DNA of 64,000 nt from Bugula neritina (Eukaryota > Animalia > Bryozoa). The notes below the pieces were generated by a model. It had not been told where the DNA came from. It ran no database searches and worked only from the letters and a program-made list of their open reading frames with translations. Below, one piece after another: positions 49,377 to 64,000 of this stretch (within the stretch, counting starts at the first letter, position 1; every line of letters starts with the position of its first letter). Made by a program: the position numbers and the translations under genes. Location: contig OZ037772.1 of the NCBI GenBank assembly GCA_964035545.1, positions 6,804,889 through 6,868,888 on the forward strand, written 5' to 3'.

Positions 49377-52300
49377 CTTCCAAACTAACACCATTGACTT
49401 AAAAAATGTTGATAAAAACTGCAGCAAGTCTTTAAAAACGATGCTAGCAAGTTCAAAGCTCACTATAACTTTCAAAATCAATAACATGTCAAGTTCAAAA
49501 AACTTATCTGCGAGCAAAAAATAGTTACAGAGACAACCAGGTATTGGGCAAGAGCCAGCTAATAGGAGTACCTTTTTAGGTAAACTGCATGCAGGCACAG
49601 TGAGATAGCATCGGTGAGTTGTGTCTTCATTTTAATTTCCTAAAAATAAACATAAACAAATGCTAGTAATGAAAGTTTTCAGGGTTATTAAGGGTGCAAT
49701 TTTATCACTAAACATCATAGCAATAGCAAAAATTGCTCAGTACAAATTTAAGAAAAATTTATTTCATCCATTACATAATACCCGAAATCAAATCCATTTA
49801 TTCAATTCATCAAGCTGAAAAACCAAGAATAATCAGAAAGACAGTAAAATCACTTTCTAGTAAAAAACAGCTTTAGATCATAATTGTTGGGTTCAGCTCT
49901 TAAGCTAAGACACCGATGCACTGAAATACGAAAAAGATCAGCATACTTTTGACTGTCACAAAATTTATTTTACGTGCAACAGACATTTTAAGGTCACCCG
50001 CCACCCGCGCAGGACCACGTTGGTGAAAGGTGACCAGATATTTTAAGGTCAATCAAAATCAAGCAAAGTTCATCGTCATATTGCTTACTGCTTAATGCTG
50101 CAGCTTATTTTTGCTTACCAAGTTTCTTTCTGCAGAATAATTGTAGCTAGCTTCTCGATTTGCCATCTTTATTCCAGTCCAGGTTCAAATGACATCTTGA
50201 TCGTTGCAAATATCCATGCAAGCTAAAAAATATTTATCAATCAGTACAACAACAGAAATACTTACAATGATCCAAATATTACTATTACATTACTATAACA
50301 TTACACAGTAACACTATGTTTATAATTGTAATACGGAAGCATGACTTTGTGGTAGTTTGATATGCTATAGCAAAAGGTAGAAAAATCAACTGAAAAACCG
50401 ACAGAAATAATCAAGTACAATTAACTAAAGTAAATAAACTTACTGAATAGTAAATATTTTACTATACTTAGTGAATTGATTTACTTCCACTAGGTTTACT
50501 TTCATGATTAAATGCTTCTGTCTATTTTCCAGTTTATAGGAATATATTAAAAGTGAAACCAATTATAATTACTATTACCTTATCTAGTTTTGACTATATG
50601 TTTTTCACAAATATAAACATAGTTATATGCGTATTCCTATTGTGACTGCAGATACCATTGCGGTAACTGAAATCAAACTTCATTCTACTTCAAGTTTCAA
50701 ACATTGTCCTAGTTCAAAGACTAACAAGTGAATAATTAATAACTGTGAAAGCTCCAATAAGTTACTTCATTATTAAATAAGATACAACTGATTCTACTGT
50801 ATATGATACTATGGTATCTGTATTAAATTAAAACATAATTATGAAAATCAAAAGTTGTATTTTGGGCACTTATATTATAGTAATTAAATTAACAGCTTAA
50901 AATAGGCACATTAAACCATGATTGGAATTTTTATCCATTTATCTTTATAATTATATTTATTCTTTATTCTGAAAGTTGACCCAACACTGGTAACAAAACT
51001 AAAAGTAATTGATTAAGTATGATTTATTCTTACACACTTTACCATTATATTTAGTCTTCCTGACTTTCAGTCTGTCATAGTGATTACTACTATATGAAAA
51101 TGACTTTGACTTAGAAGTCATAATTATAGTCACAGTGTTGATAAGTCAACAGTGTAGGATTAACACAGCACTAGACTAGTACTACCTCCAGCTTTCAAGT
51201 TTATGTTAGGGTATCTCTAAGACTAAAGAGTAACCCTAATAATGTAAGCAAAGAGCAGTGAGTAATAAGCATGCTATTCAACTTCAAGTTTCACTAGTAC
51301 TATAACCAATACTACATGTATTTTAATAAAATTATGTAGCTGGTGAGTGAACTATAAAATTAAATAAGGATCAAACTTTGAGCAATATTAATAGAAATAA
51401 TATTAGGACAGAGGTTTCCAATTATTAGTATGTGAAACCAAAGGGGAATGGATAACTACTATTAGTATTATTACATTTACTTTATATTTAGTTTTACCAG
51501 TTCGTATTATGATTATCTTACTTTGAATTGTAAAGTATAATAATTATGATATTCATAGTAGTATATTTATATTAGTAATTAATATGTATATTAGTAAAAA
51601 CATTTGTTTTAAGTTGCTTGTTTATTAAATAATTCTAAATCCTAATAACGATAATCTTAATATTAGTGATAATCATTATGCTCATTACTGTCCCCAAGTG
51701 CTATCAGTATGACCATCGCAATGTGAACCTAGACGTGAATGTAAAAAGGCACTGCAAAATAGAACATGGGATGGAGGCAGATATCCATACCATGCTACAA
51801 ATATCGATATTGAATTTGATAATCATAATTATTATACAAATATAATGATAAAAACTACAATGATCAAAAATAAATAATACCAAATAGTTTTCGAATTACT
51901 ATTCATAAAATCAAATATCACATTTATAAAGATATAATCATATCTATTATTAAATTTAAGTCAATTATACTAATAGCAATAGTAATATAAATAGAAAAAA
52001 GAATCATTGACCAGGAGTAGGTGCAAAATAAAAGTCAATTTTAAGACAAAGAGTAAGAAAAATACTAAATCGATATTTAAAATTACTTAATTTTAATCTT
52101 AGTCACTTACAGTCAGTCTTAGTTTAATTTTTACTACTAAGTCTTTAATTTCAAGTTCATTTTGACAATAAACTTGAAGACTTTAACTAAGAATATGTAT
52201 AATTCAAAATTCCAAACTGGTACAAGTAAAAGTTGCTACTGAAGCTTTGTAATACTATTTTAAATTATTGGTATGATAGCATTATATTTTGATTCATAGC

Positions 52301-55103
52301 AATATTGATAGTGACAATTTCAAACATACCCATACCATTACTGTTACAGTTTAAGTTACTATTGCCATTGTGATTGCCGGTAATGAGTAAATATAACTTA
52401 AATTTATATGACTATTACTATTACTATTAGTATTATTATCACTTTCAGTACCGGTCTAGTATCAGTATCACCTTAATTCAAAATCAATGTATAATTTATC
52501 AAATTACTTTTATATTATCATTTATCAATAATATGTCTATCACTATGATATTATCATGATATTGATTTTTAATTTAAACATAATAAAATCATAGGTATAA
52601 TCATAATGATAATCAGTGATAATGATAATCATAATCATAATGCTTAATTTTACTTTTAGTTCAGGTTCAATGATTTAAGAGTAAGTGAAAGTTACTATAA
52701 CTATTGCCATTGTGATTGCTAGAAATATAATTTAAATTTATATGACTATTACTATTACCAACACTCAGACTTACTCGGACTCACTCTGTCTCTAACTCTA
52801 AGTCTGAGTCTCACTCCACCAGAGTGAGAGTGACACTGAATTACTATTACTATTACTATTAGTATTAGCAAAATATATCAACCTTATGATTATCTTATTA
52901 GTTATTACAATATGTTCGGCATTGATGTTGAACTAAAAATATTAATAGTTATTACAATCACAATGACAATGCCAATATGATCAAAGACAAATGATAATGA
53001 TTCCAAGCAGTTTGAGTTGAAGGTAAGTTATAAGTTGAAGTAGTACGTAAGTGGTAGTTGATACTGATACTATCAGTGATAGGTTTATACTCCATACCAA
53101 TGAATTCAATAATATTACCTATATATTACAATAAATTATATTACTATTAGTATTACCTATAATTAAAATATATTATTTCTTTTCCAGCTCAGTGCTTTAT
53201 ACCCTCTACTTAGTCTAATGCCGCGCACATGACGAGAATGTGAGGTGAAGGTCACTCACAGCTAAAATCGCCAAGGATCCATCACTAGTAGTAGTAGTTC
53301 TAGTAGTCGTACTACCAGTAATCTGGCTTCGCTATGGCACTACGAATTGAATGTTGACAAGACGCATGCATGTTTGCTGTTGGTAAACTAATTCTTACTG
53401 AATTTTGATCATGCTAAGCTGCAACCTATTTTCTAATGAAATAATATATTCAATAATAATATAATAAATATAATAATTATCATTATGATATTTTATCATT
53501 TAATTTTTATTTTATAACTTTTACTTTTAGTTTTAGTATTTTGGTTTTACATCAAAATTTACATCATTATGATTATCATTATGATTACAAAATAAAAATA
53601 ATTATCATTAATCATTACCTTTTAATTTATGATTATAATTAATGTTAGAATTACCACAATTACAATCATAATGATAATGGCATAATGCCAATGATAATCA
53701 CAATCGTAACACTAATAATAATAGTAATAGTCAAACTCGAGGATTGAGCCAATGATTCAGATTGTCTAAATTTAATTAAATAAATTTCAGCCTTGGGTTT
53801 AACTTTACAGTTCACAATTTTATTTTACTTTACGACTGAGAGTCACAGTAAGACTAAGAAAAAGAGTAAGTCATACCTTTCTTGCAGTTATTTTCAAAGT
53901 TTGTAGTTGTACTAGTACACTAGTAGACCTAGTAGTAGTACTAGTAGTAGTAGTAGTAACAGTACTATTAGTAGTAGTAGTAGTAGTACTAGTACTAGTA
54001 GCAGTACTAGTACTAGTTGTAGTACTAGTATCAGTGGTAGTAGTAATAGGACTGCGATCTTAGATGTAAGTCTAATGAAATACGAATAATAATAGTATAA
54101 GTATAACTTTTACATATTTAGTTTTACTATAAGTGTAAATATAATGAGTAATAGTAAAACTCAAAGTGTATACATTAACTCAGTTGAGCATTAATGATTA
54201 AATATAATAATTATAATAAAGTAATATGATCACCATTACGATTATAATTAAAATTCTTAGTAACACTTTTATGATAGGCCTACTCAGTTTAATTTATTAA
54301 TATTAAACATTAGTTTGGCTACCACAAATAACTAATAAGTGCTACTATAGGTAACTGTAAAGATAAGTATAAATTTAACTATAACATAGACTATCAGCAA
54401 TAATAATATATCATATTGATATTAAACTATATATGGATAATGCAAATCATAGATCATAGGGTACCTCATGATAATTATTCCTAATGATCTTACTTTTTAT
54501 ATGCTGATGCTAATAAGTAGTAATTTTAAATTTGATAACTCATGAATGATGAATAAGATAACAAGAATAATACTGGACCTAGTAATACTATTAGTCCTAC
54601 TACTAGAATTTTATTATCTTATATTTGTAATACGCTTCTTTTAGTAATACTGCTGGTCAAAGTTAGTGTTAATCATATTTATAGTTAAATGTTGAAGGAA
54701 TAAATTAGTTCATAACATAAACATTTCACTATGTGAATATGAAATTTAATATGAATATCCCAATTACACTTGCTGTTGCTCTTTAGAGACTAGAGTTATA
54801 ACTTATAACTATGATATAATAATGAATACCATTATTTTAACTAATCATATTACTCAGCTAATGTTAATGATAACTGTAAGTCTAAAAACCATTACGGTTA
54901 TAGGTATCACTGACTAATATTATTAATAATATAATCATTCGTTTTATACTTGTACCTATATTTATATTTATACTTATACCTATTTTTATACTTATGATCA
55001 TATCTATACGTTCACGTATGCTTGTACATTGTACTCATAGTATCAGGGTGGCAATCGAAAAGTCATAATCGATATGCTAATCTAATAATAGAACCAACTG
55101 CAC

Positions 55104-57780
55104 TATTATTATTATTATTGTTGATTGACCGTAGTTTTTTAGCTGGTGTAACCTTTTACCATTGGCCTAGTTATACTAGGCTGAAATGGCTAGAACTTTC
55201 CTCAGGATGTGAGCTTATCCTGATCCTAGTAAGGGTGTCTGCTGAATTAATGAGCATTTGTTTTCAGCTACTCCAAGTAGTGTCAGCCAGTCTACAATCT
55301 TGTATAAAGCTCCAAAGGCTCCAGTTACAACGGGATGACTTTTTTGATGTTTTCCAAAGGCGGGTTTATTCTAGTGCTAAATTCTGATATTTTCCTAACT
55401 TTTCGAATTTTTTTCTTTTACTCTGTAGTTAACAGGGACTGTGATATCAATTATCGTTGTTTCAGCATTATGCTTGTCAACTACTAATATATCGGGTCTC
55501 CTAACTTTGATGACTACGTCAGTGTGTATGTTAAAATCTTACAAGGTTTTCACATTATCATTTTCCAGTACTTATTCTGCTTGATGGCCGTACCAATTCT
55601 TACTTTTCTGAAACTCACGAAGTTCACACAACTACTATTGAAATTATCAATGCCAAAAGGTTGTGTTTTTTCTTATATTCTCCTTCTGCTACCTTCTCAA
55701 ACTCACTCAATACGTGCATCGAAGTTTTGTCTCTTGCGTTACACATTCCACACTTCTTGCTACCCTGTTCTCTCACCATAGCCACTTTATAATTTCTAGT
55801 AGTGAATAGTTGATCTTGCGCAGCTGTCAGCAGTCCTTCTGTTTCCTTTTTCAGCCAACCATACTTCAACCAGTTCCAGGAAAATGCTTTCATGTCTCCC
55901 ACCATTTTGATGTATTGACCACGTGAAGCTTTTTCTTTACACTCATCAATTCTTTCTATCACTTTATCATTATTTAGTTCTACCGCTGTTTTGTCTTTTA
56001 GAAAGGTATTCAGTGTGGTGTTTCTATCAGTCTATGTTATATTTATGTAGTCTGACATGCTGCAGTTTTCAATCTTTATGCATTTTTCAGTTGACAACAT
56101 TCTTCTACCGCCTTCCCTTCTGCTAAAATACAGCCTGCCTACATCTGCTCTCGGATAGGGTGCACGGTTTGTTGTCATTAGCTTCCTTGTCTTTCAGTCC
56201 ATATTTTTTAGCTCATGAAACAGTTCAGTCAAGTATTCTAGCTGTGTAATGCACTGCTGTTACTGCCCATGTGTTTATTGCTTTGATTGTGTTCTCACCA
56301 TTCAGTTTTGAATCCAGAACTTTTCTTATTTGTTTGTAGTACTCCTTGATCTTATTTTTCATTTCATATATTTGTATTCTATCATTCTCAAGAACTCCTA
56401 GATATTTATACGGCTTCTCACCCAGATCTTTCTTTAAATGTTCCTCAGGCAAACTGATTCCTGTGTCCTTGATTTTCTTTCCCTTTCTCATAACCAGTGT
56501 GGCACATTTTTTAATCCAAATTTCATTTCTATATTCCTTGTGAAGATCCCGGCAGTGTTTACCAAAGCTTCCAGTTCTGACTTTGATTTCCTATTTACCT
56601 TCAGGTCATCCACATATAGGAGATGGTTTGTTTTCTGTCTCGTCGAAATTTGCATCATTGAGCCGCTTCTGTCATGCGAATCGGTAGTTGGAGAAAAGGG
56701 ATAGAGATAAAGAGTCTCCTTGGAAAATTCTTAGTTTGATCTTTATTTCTCCTATCTTTTCTTCCAGGTATTTCAGTTGTGTTTTCCAGGTTTCATGCCT
56801 TTTCTTATCAACCTTATGACATTAATTGCTATTCCAGTTGTTTGCATCGTTTCTAAGATCTAATTTCCTTGTCTTTACATATGCTCCAATTTGTTGCTAA
56901 CTTTATTTAGTCATTCTGCATTGGTATTATTTTTAGTTGGCTGACCCCATAATTATATTTTATCAGAATGCTTTTGATTTCCTTGTCAGGTGCCTCTTTA
57001 GATGTACATTCATTTCCTCGTAATTCTTGATAAAAGCGCTTATCATTGTAAACATTGTGTTCTGATTATATTGATCAACTCATTCTGTATATCTGTTTAT
57101 CTTCTGGCTTACAGCTCTCAGGTTTTGCTTCAGTTTTTCAATCACTACACCACACTCTTTGTTTTTTATCCTATATTTTTCTTCAACCATTCTTCTCAAT
57201 GAATCATTGTAAGCTCTACTTTTTCACTCTGCTATTTTACTTAAGTCTGATCTAATTTTTTTTATTTCTTCTGCAGTCGTATTTTCCATACTTGTACATT
57301 GTCAGTTTTTCTTTTTCCTTTTTGTTACACACTTGTTCTGTTACTATTTTTCGCACAAGCCATGGTGGTGTTATTAAGCTCAATGGTATTAATAATCTCA
57401 ACACAGTTTAGCACATCATTAATCTGTTTTACTGCCTGTAGTAATTTGACCCTCTCAATGTGCCCAAGGGCTCTTAGTGTTGGTCGATCATTAGATAGTT
57501 TGTTATGCTCATTTATAATTTTTCTACTAACACTTTTTCTACCTCTGAACTAGGTACTCTTAAAATTCTCATGGCTGATTTATATGCTATCTCATGTTGC
57601 ACTATAACATCCTCTATTTGCAAATTTAGCTCTTCTTCATCAATTGATGTGCCTAATTTTTGCAAGGTTCCTTCTTCAATCTTATGGAGTTCTTCTTCCA
57701 TAAAATGCTTGTGTTTCTTCATAGTTCTTGCTTAATCCGCTAGTCTCTATTCGCTGATGTTAAACTCTCCTCTGTTTTCC
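55104..57780 (-). mobile_element. Degenerate R2-group (Dong/R4-like) non-LTR retrotransposon with restriction-like endonuclease
   Basis: Minus-strand motifs IFQGDSL, HLLYVDDLK, YKYLGVLE, WLKYGWLKKETEGLLTAAQDQ, CGMC...H, RRPDILVVD...IIDITVP; (AAT)n 3' tail at 55104-55123. Confidence 0.88.
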
Positions 57781-60700
57781 AGCAAATAAATAATTTTATA
57801 TTTGTTATTAGTTACTACTTATAGAAATTGAGTGCCACAGCTTGAGGGTTATAAAGTCAGTCTTAGTCAATGTAATGGGGATGCTGATACTGACATTTGG
57901 CTTCGAGCTCATAGTTAAATTGCTAACAACTATACCTAAGGATAACAGGAGTATTAAAATATTAATTTATAATGATTATAACCTTAGAGTGGAGATATTA
58001 TTCTCAATTTATTTAGTTTTTACTTTACTAACTTTTATTTTATTCATCAACCTTACTGTCTATTTAAATAGCAAACTAAAGAATAATTATGAAGGCCTTT
58101 GAATTGAAGTACTTTTCTGTAGCTGATTAGACTTCAAGTATTAAAATAACATACTAAGACAGAATACCATTATATGAGCTAGATTAATAAAGTAAAGAAG
58201 ATTTCTTTGTTAATCAAAATATAGGTGTCACATATGCCTATTTTTAAGATTATGTTCTTATATGTGCTGTCTTTTTAATATTTTTAAAGTGCTACATTTT
58301 GAGGGTACATCAATATGACTGCCCTGTAATTGCTTGTCAACTATAAGAGTTAGACCTATAAACTGTCTCATTTTCAAATTATCTTTACTTTTCTAATTGA
58401 TGTTAACATGACTATTCCTATTAGTATTTTGATGTTTACCATTAGTAATGTTTGAACTAACATCAATATCATTGTTAATTTGTCTAATTATTCAAATTTT
58501 AATATTCATCATTTGTAAACAGTAATAAAATTTTGTCTTTCTTAAATTAATGTGATGCTAGATTAGCTACTCTAGCAAGTGTGTATTGTGCAATGAGTAC
58601 TAATGCCATATTTTTGCACTTCTTGTTCTATATAATTTAGATTTAAGGTAACAATTCCTAAAGCTATCACATGATGCTGCTATCAGTTATAAAGATGTCA
58701 CTGATCCAAACATTGAAAACCAGCTGAGTGCATGCAAGGTTGAAAACTTATTTTCTCTGGTTAGGTAAGTAGAAAGGTATTTGCTGTAATTTACAACTAT
58801 TTTGTTTTCAACATCCTTGATGCTCATCTCTAAAAGATAAGTAGCACATAATGGTACCTGTTTTACTTAGCAGAAGAAATTATTGTCAAAGCTCTATTAC
58901 TACATTTTAAATTGTATGACACTCTTTTGACTACATTTGATTTCATATCTCAAATAATTATATTTCTGACTCATGAAACTGTAACCACACACTTGAGAAC
59001 AAAATAAATAAGGATATGGAAGCTTTCTTTAAATTTGTCAATTCAGTCACCAGCCAATGACTGAAAACATGTTTTGTACACTATTGATTGCCTCTCTATT
59101 TCCGCTATAAGGCAGAAACTTTAATCTCAAAATTTAAGACACTGGCAATTCTTCCCAATAATACGTTGTTCAAAACAAATATTTTTTGCCAAGTAATATA
59201 GTATTTAATTATATTTTTTAGTCAAAGAAATTTGTTTGGTTTCTTGTGTCATCTTGAATAGCTTGTTATTCATTATCTTTTTCTTCGTGTTATGACTATG
59301 AGTGTATATAACCTTTGCTGACAGGTTTTTCCCCCATCACTATATGTTTCTCTGTTTACTCTCTAACAGTTTTATTTCCGTTCATTTTTTAGAGTTTACT
59401 AAAATGACATGGGTGTGCTTTGTTGTGGCTCCTAATTGAGCGCATCCGTTGAGATTATTGGAAGTTTTGTTGAAACTGAGCTGAGGCCTCTTACTCCTAA
59501 AGGCAAGAATTTGAGTCATCTTAGCTACTTGTAGCATATCAACATCGAACAGCACCATTCCACTACTCTAAGCTTAAGGTTTTGGCTGCATTAGATCAAC
59601 AGGTAAGTTTAATAGTTTGTATTTCGTACACTATTTCATGATGTCTGTTCAGCATTTACTTAGTAGCACACATTTATAGATTTTGCATTCTTTTAGTTTT
59701 TTGCAGTACAACTTTTCCACGCAACTATTACACTGTTGTTGCTGTTAATTGTGGTTTATTCTGCTTGACCATGCAATTATTGAATTATGTTGCAAAGGTG
59801 ATTGAGTCCTTTTATTTAATTTAGTACACACTGGAAATCTGCAGTTTTTAGCCATTTTTACAATTTAGCTGCTAATGAACAATGCTTTTTGCTTAAAATT
59901 AGTGAGACATCAAGAAATACACCTAAATAATCAAGGTTCTTCTTAATTTTGCATGATTTCTCATGTTTTTTCCTATTTATTCATTTCATTTGGATTGCCT
60001 ACTGTTACAAACTAACCGTGGCGATCCGCAGTCAGAAGTTGCTGTAATTAGAAAAAAGCATAGGAAATCAAAGAAAATTAAAAAGAGCCTTGATTATTTA
60101 GGTGTATTTATTGATATTTTTTTAGTTTCGGGCCAAAACTCATGTTCATTAGCAAAAACTTGAGATCTTCAGTATGTACTAACTTAAATAAAATGAACCA
60201 ATTGCAGTAAATTTCTGCATTTTCTAATACTTCTCAAATTTACACCTAAAATAGTGCTGTCTTAAGAAAATGACACTAACTGCTGTTTTCATGTATGTGC
60301 CCCAATTGTATATAATGCTGTTGATTTGTTTAGTTCTTTTTCTATTTGTTTGTTATATAACTTTTCTTTTATGGTTGTTGCCAGCACCTAAAGCATTATT
60401 CATTAGTGTCAATTAATTTCTACTCACAGTTTTACTGTTACATAGTTTATAAAGCCCTTGTGTCAACTTTTCTAGATATCCTGGTTAAAATTGTTCCACT
60501 TGATGAATGGCATAGGGCATATGCAATAGCAAAACAGTTGCAGGCTGTTTTGGAAAAAAAATTGTGCATATAATCTTTATTTTATACATGTTATTTAGGC
60601 TTTGGTAGAACTGTTGGAGAGCCTTCCTCTTGAATAAAGCTACTCAACTTTCCGGATTCTACTTTATTGACATTAACCCACTACCTACAACACGCCTTGA

Positions 60701-63700
60701 AATTTAGCTAATAAATTATGTATTTTGTGAGTTTTTTTAAATGTACAATGTTATGTATAAATTACAATCAGTTTATATATATATACATGTCTTTTGCTAC
60801 TTAGTATTACAGCGTAAAAAGCATTTCAGGGTTAACAATTTAATTAATTGGCCCTAACAGTAATTATGTATAATACAGATTTGCAGATGCTTTAAATGAA
60901 CCCAAAAAGCTGATGTTGTTAAACAGTGTACAAAATAGTCACCTCATATCAGCCAGACATGCTTAGTCATTACCTAGCATTAAAATCATATTATGAATGC
61001 AGTCAAGTTTTGATATGCATCCCTATTATTGATAGTTTGTGAACCAGCAATTAAATATCAAGAAGCAATATTACTAACCAATGTGCTGGTTAAAGAGTTT
61101 CAAGTTGTAGTTATAGTATCAAACTATTATAATGGCATAAAAACTATCAGTTAAGACATCTTATTAATATTTACTACAGGAATACATATTATAGGTGTGC
61201 TAAAAATCTGGTAGAAGCATCAATTATTTTAGACGTTTTAGATTTAGTATCTCTGTACTATAATGTAATATACAGAACATCAGGTGCTGTCTCCACAGTG
61301 CATTGATGGCACTAATGAATATTAATACATGCGGGCAGTGTTGGTAATGATTTATTGAAATAGGAGTTTAAAAACTGTTTAAACAACAATGAAATGCCTG
61401 AGATTAGTCCAAGGAGAGGGGTATTTCAAGCTAGCAGATGAGCAATATAGATGCGAAAGTCTTGCCTAAAAATCATTATTGTTATATCTAGTCATTAATT
61501 TCTTGCAATAGATCTATTTCACTATTGAGAAGAACAAAATTAGCTAGTAAACAGTGTAATAGAGTCAAGGCACTTTGGCAGTGCTAGTTTAAAATAAACC
61601 TGGGATAGTCGAATAGCAGAAGTACTTTTTGATTCATAATATAATTATGTACAGCTTAAGATTTTGCAATACTGTGTTTTCAGTGAGAATTAATTTCAAT
61701 AGCTACATTAAAATAATGTATGCAGTGATGCTACTATAGTCTCAAGTAACAAACCAAATAGCCTTTCTTTGTGCCACCATCCAAATGCCAAACAAATAAC
61801 TCATTCACTCTGTAACAACAAGGTGGTCTCCCAAGTAGATTGTTAGACATTTCAGGCATTAATAACCAAAGGCTTTTCACTTTGGCATAATTGTATAGTT
61901 ACCCAGCTAAATAAATAATGTATTCATGGTATTGTAATTCCAAGCCATGCATTTATCTGTGAATGCAGCTAAGTATTTAATACGGCCTTACATTTATGTA
62001 CTATGTAGCAATGCCTAATGTAGCTGTCAAGCTTCTACTTATACTCATTTTACTGATGCTTTACTTCTGATTACATGATTACAAACATAGCAGTTCCAAC
62101 AAAATTATTTTAGATAGGAATAAATATAATGCTCCTAGCAAATGTTGTAAAACTAGTTTCCAAAAACATATACTTTGCAAACAAACTCTTCAGAAAGTTA
62201 TAATGCATTTATCATATTATTGTTTCATTTAAAAGTTATAATGATAGAATATTATACTTAAAACACACCCAAATCTTTAGATTCTTGTAATACTGTTAAA
62301 CAAGAGTTAACAGTAAGATTGGCTGTAGAGTAGAATGTTTAGCTCTTTGTACTGAAGCTAACAAGTAACTGGCATTAAAAAGAGATGTAGATAAAAAGTG
62401 ACAGAATAACAACTGGCTTGTATATTGGTAGTGCAAATCTCATCTCATCTCATCTAATTAATCTCACTCGGAGCGCTTTGGCTCCTTTATCGAGATGCAG
62501 TGGTGTACGAACAATTGTTTAGATTATCAGTAGTAAGGAAGAAAACTATTTTGTCTACGAGATAAGAATATAGTTAATTATGCTTCGATTCAAAGCTCAA
62601 TAGCTAGCTACTGCCAGGAGAGAAAGAAAAAAAGAAAAAAGAAAGAAAAAAAAAAAAAAAAGTAAATAAATAAATAGATATACACCGCACAGCTTCAGAT
62701 GATATAAAGCAGAGTCGGTGTTAAGTGCTTATAATCAGTTAGGCAAAGCAGCTAGAATCATAGCTGTATATGACAGTTTAAACAAATACCCATTAGAATA
62801 AATGGTAACCCAGTACTTAAAATGTGGTATGTCATAATACATATTTGTGGTGTATTAACTAGGCTAGATCAACACATAGCACTATATAATTGCTTTAGTA
62901 TTTACAATTAGTTTGTGGTCTGGTGGGATTTGTTGATAGCCATTGTCTTTATTAACATAACAGTTTCATAAAATTAGCAGTTTTCCTTATTCACCTAGTT
63001 AATTTTTAAGATTTATGTACAATATTTACATATTAGGATATAAAAAATATCTTCAACCAGTGAATATCAAAATAATGATTAAAGACATATTTTATGTCAT
63101 ATTCTTGTGGCAATCTAAATAATAAGCTGGTCTAAATTGTACTTGTGCAAACAGAACCAGCTCATGAATATATGTTGTCTTTTTTTAACTTGACAGTTAA
63201 TCTAATATGGATGTGTATTTTATACTTGCTTTTGTGTTTAAGGTGATAAAATTGCACTGGTAAGGTAAATAAACGTTGCTTGTTTGGCATGCTTTTGCGT
63301 GGCATTGCATATTATGCTAAACTAATGGCCAGTTTTGCAGTAGCTTCACCATAACCTTCAAAAGAATGCAAATATCATCTAATTATTGTAAGCTTTTTAA
63401 GTTAACTTGACTAGCTATAAACACATGTAAAACTATTAGGCTATTCCAATTTCACGATATACATAGCTCTATAATTCTGAAAAACTGCTATAGGTAGAGT
63501 GGAAATTAAACATGATCTATTCATTGCTAAAGTATTACAGCTATGAATAATATATATGTGATTACCTGAGTGATATCACAATCTTCACTTGCTAAGTTAG
63601 TTTAAATACAGGAAAAAAATTAATCTGGGGAAAGATTATATATGAGAAGCTGTTTTTGTAATAATTCCCGGCTCTAGGGTGGTTTAGAAGAATTGTTTTA

Positions 63701-64000
63701 AAGCAAAACTTTTGCATACATGAGTTGAATAAAATCATTGAGAGTTTTATGAAGGTCTATTTGTGTATAGGTAGCCCTATGTCACAACTCAAGTTTTTAG
63801 ATTTTATGTAATTTGTGGTGCAAAGTTGCAAATAAAAACCTTATTTTAATAACACTTAGACATATGCAAGCAATAAAGATAATGAAAAAAATGCTATAGT
63901 TGCTAATTAGCTAATATTACTTGCATATGATGCAAATATTTGTATGCATGCATGTTTAGTTTATTAGCATTGGTTAGATATAATTGAATATATAGATTTG

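Larger units (their letters stand above)
46088..64000. mobile_element. Large foreign segment beginning CAGGGCATAATTTC, probably a DNA-transposon end; far boundary not in the window
   Basis: Sharp junction inside a coding exon; CAGGG start typical of hAT/P-like ends; subterminal GTATCTCGT/ACGAGATAC and GGCATAATT repeats within 46088-46260. Extent and class unproven. Confidence 0.45.

Noticed and set aside
62550-62590. Possible far TIR of the 46088 insertion (ACGAGATA...AATTATGC)
   Set aside because: It does not end in GCCCTG, has no TSD, and TRIM exon 4 does not resume after it.

Overview
This is AT-rich, intron-rich eukaryotic DNA, most likely from an invertebrate animal (inferred, not identified). 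The core is a head-to-tail tandem array of three paralogous TRIM genes on the + strand, with RING, B-box, B-box, coiled coil and a divergent NHL-like beta-propeller. Gene A (<1-5360) is 5'-partial and intact. Gene B (11805-26094) is complete, 594 aa, with TE-filled introns. Gene C (44107-46087) is cut inside exon 4 by a foreign sequence and does not resume in the window. Exon sizes are identical between paralogs (164/160/181/200/277/669 nt). The most interesting signal is that the propeller exon differs between A and B mostly by clustered amino-acid changes, while genes B and C are preceded by multiplied promoter/first-exon cassettes with kB-like, IRF/ISRE-like, TATA and Inr motifs. Together these suggest a diversifying, immune-inducible TRIM receptor array. 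Exon debris includes a dead duplicate of half of exon 2, an orphan last exon and an orphan F-type lectin exon. Transposable elements include a Buster-type hAT derivative, a Gypsy element with a tRNA-Leu PBS, fold-back rearrangements of a CACAG-TIR DNA element, a full-length RTE LINE, an intron-containing THAP/P-type transposase relic and a Dong/R4-like LINE relic. All alignments and counts were done by eye.
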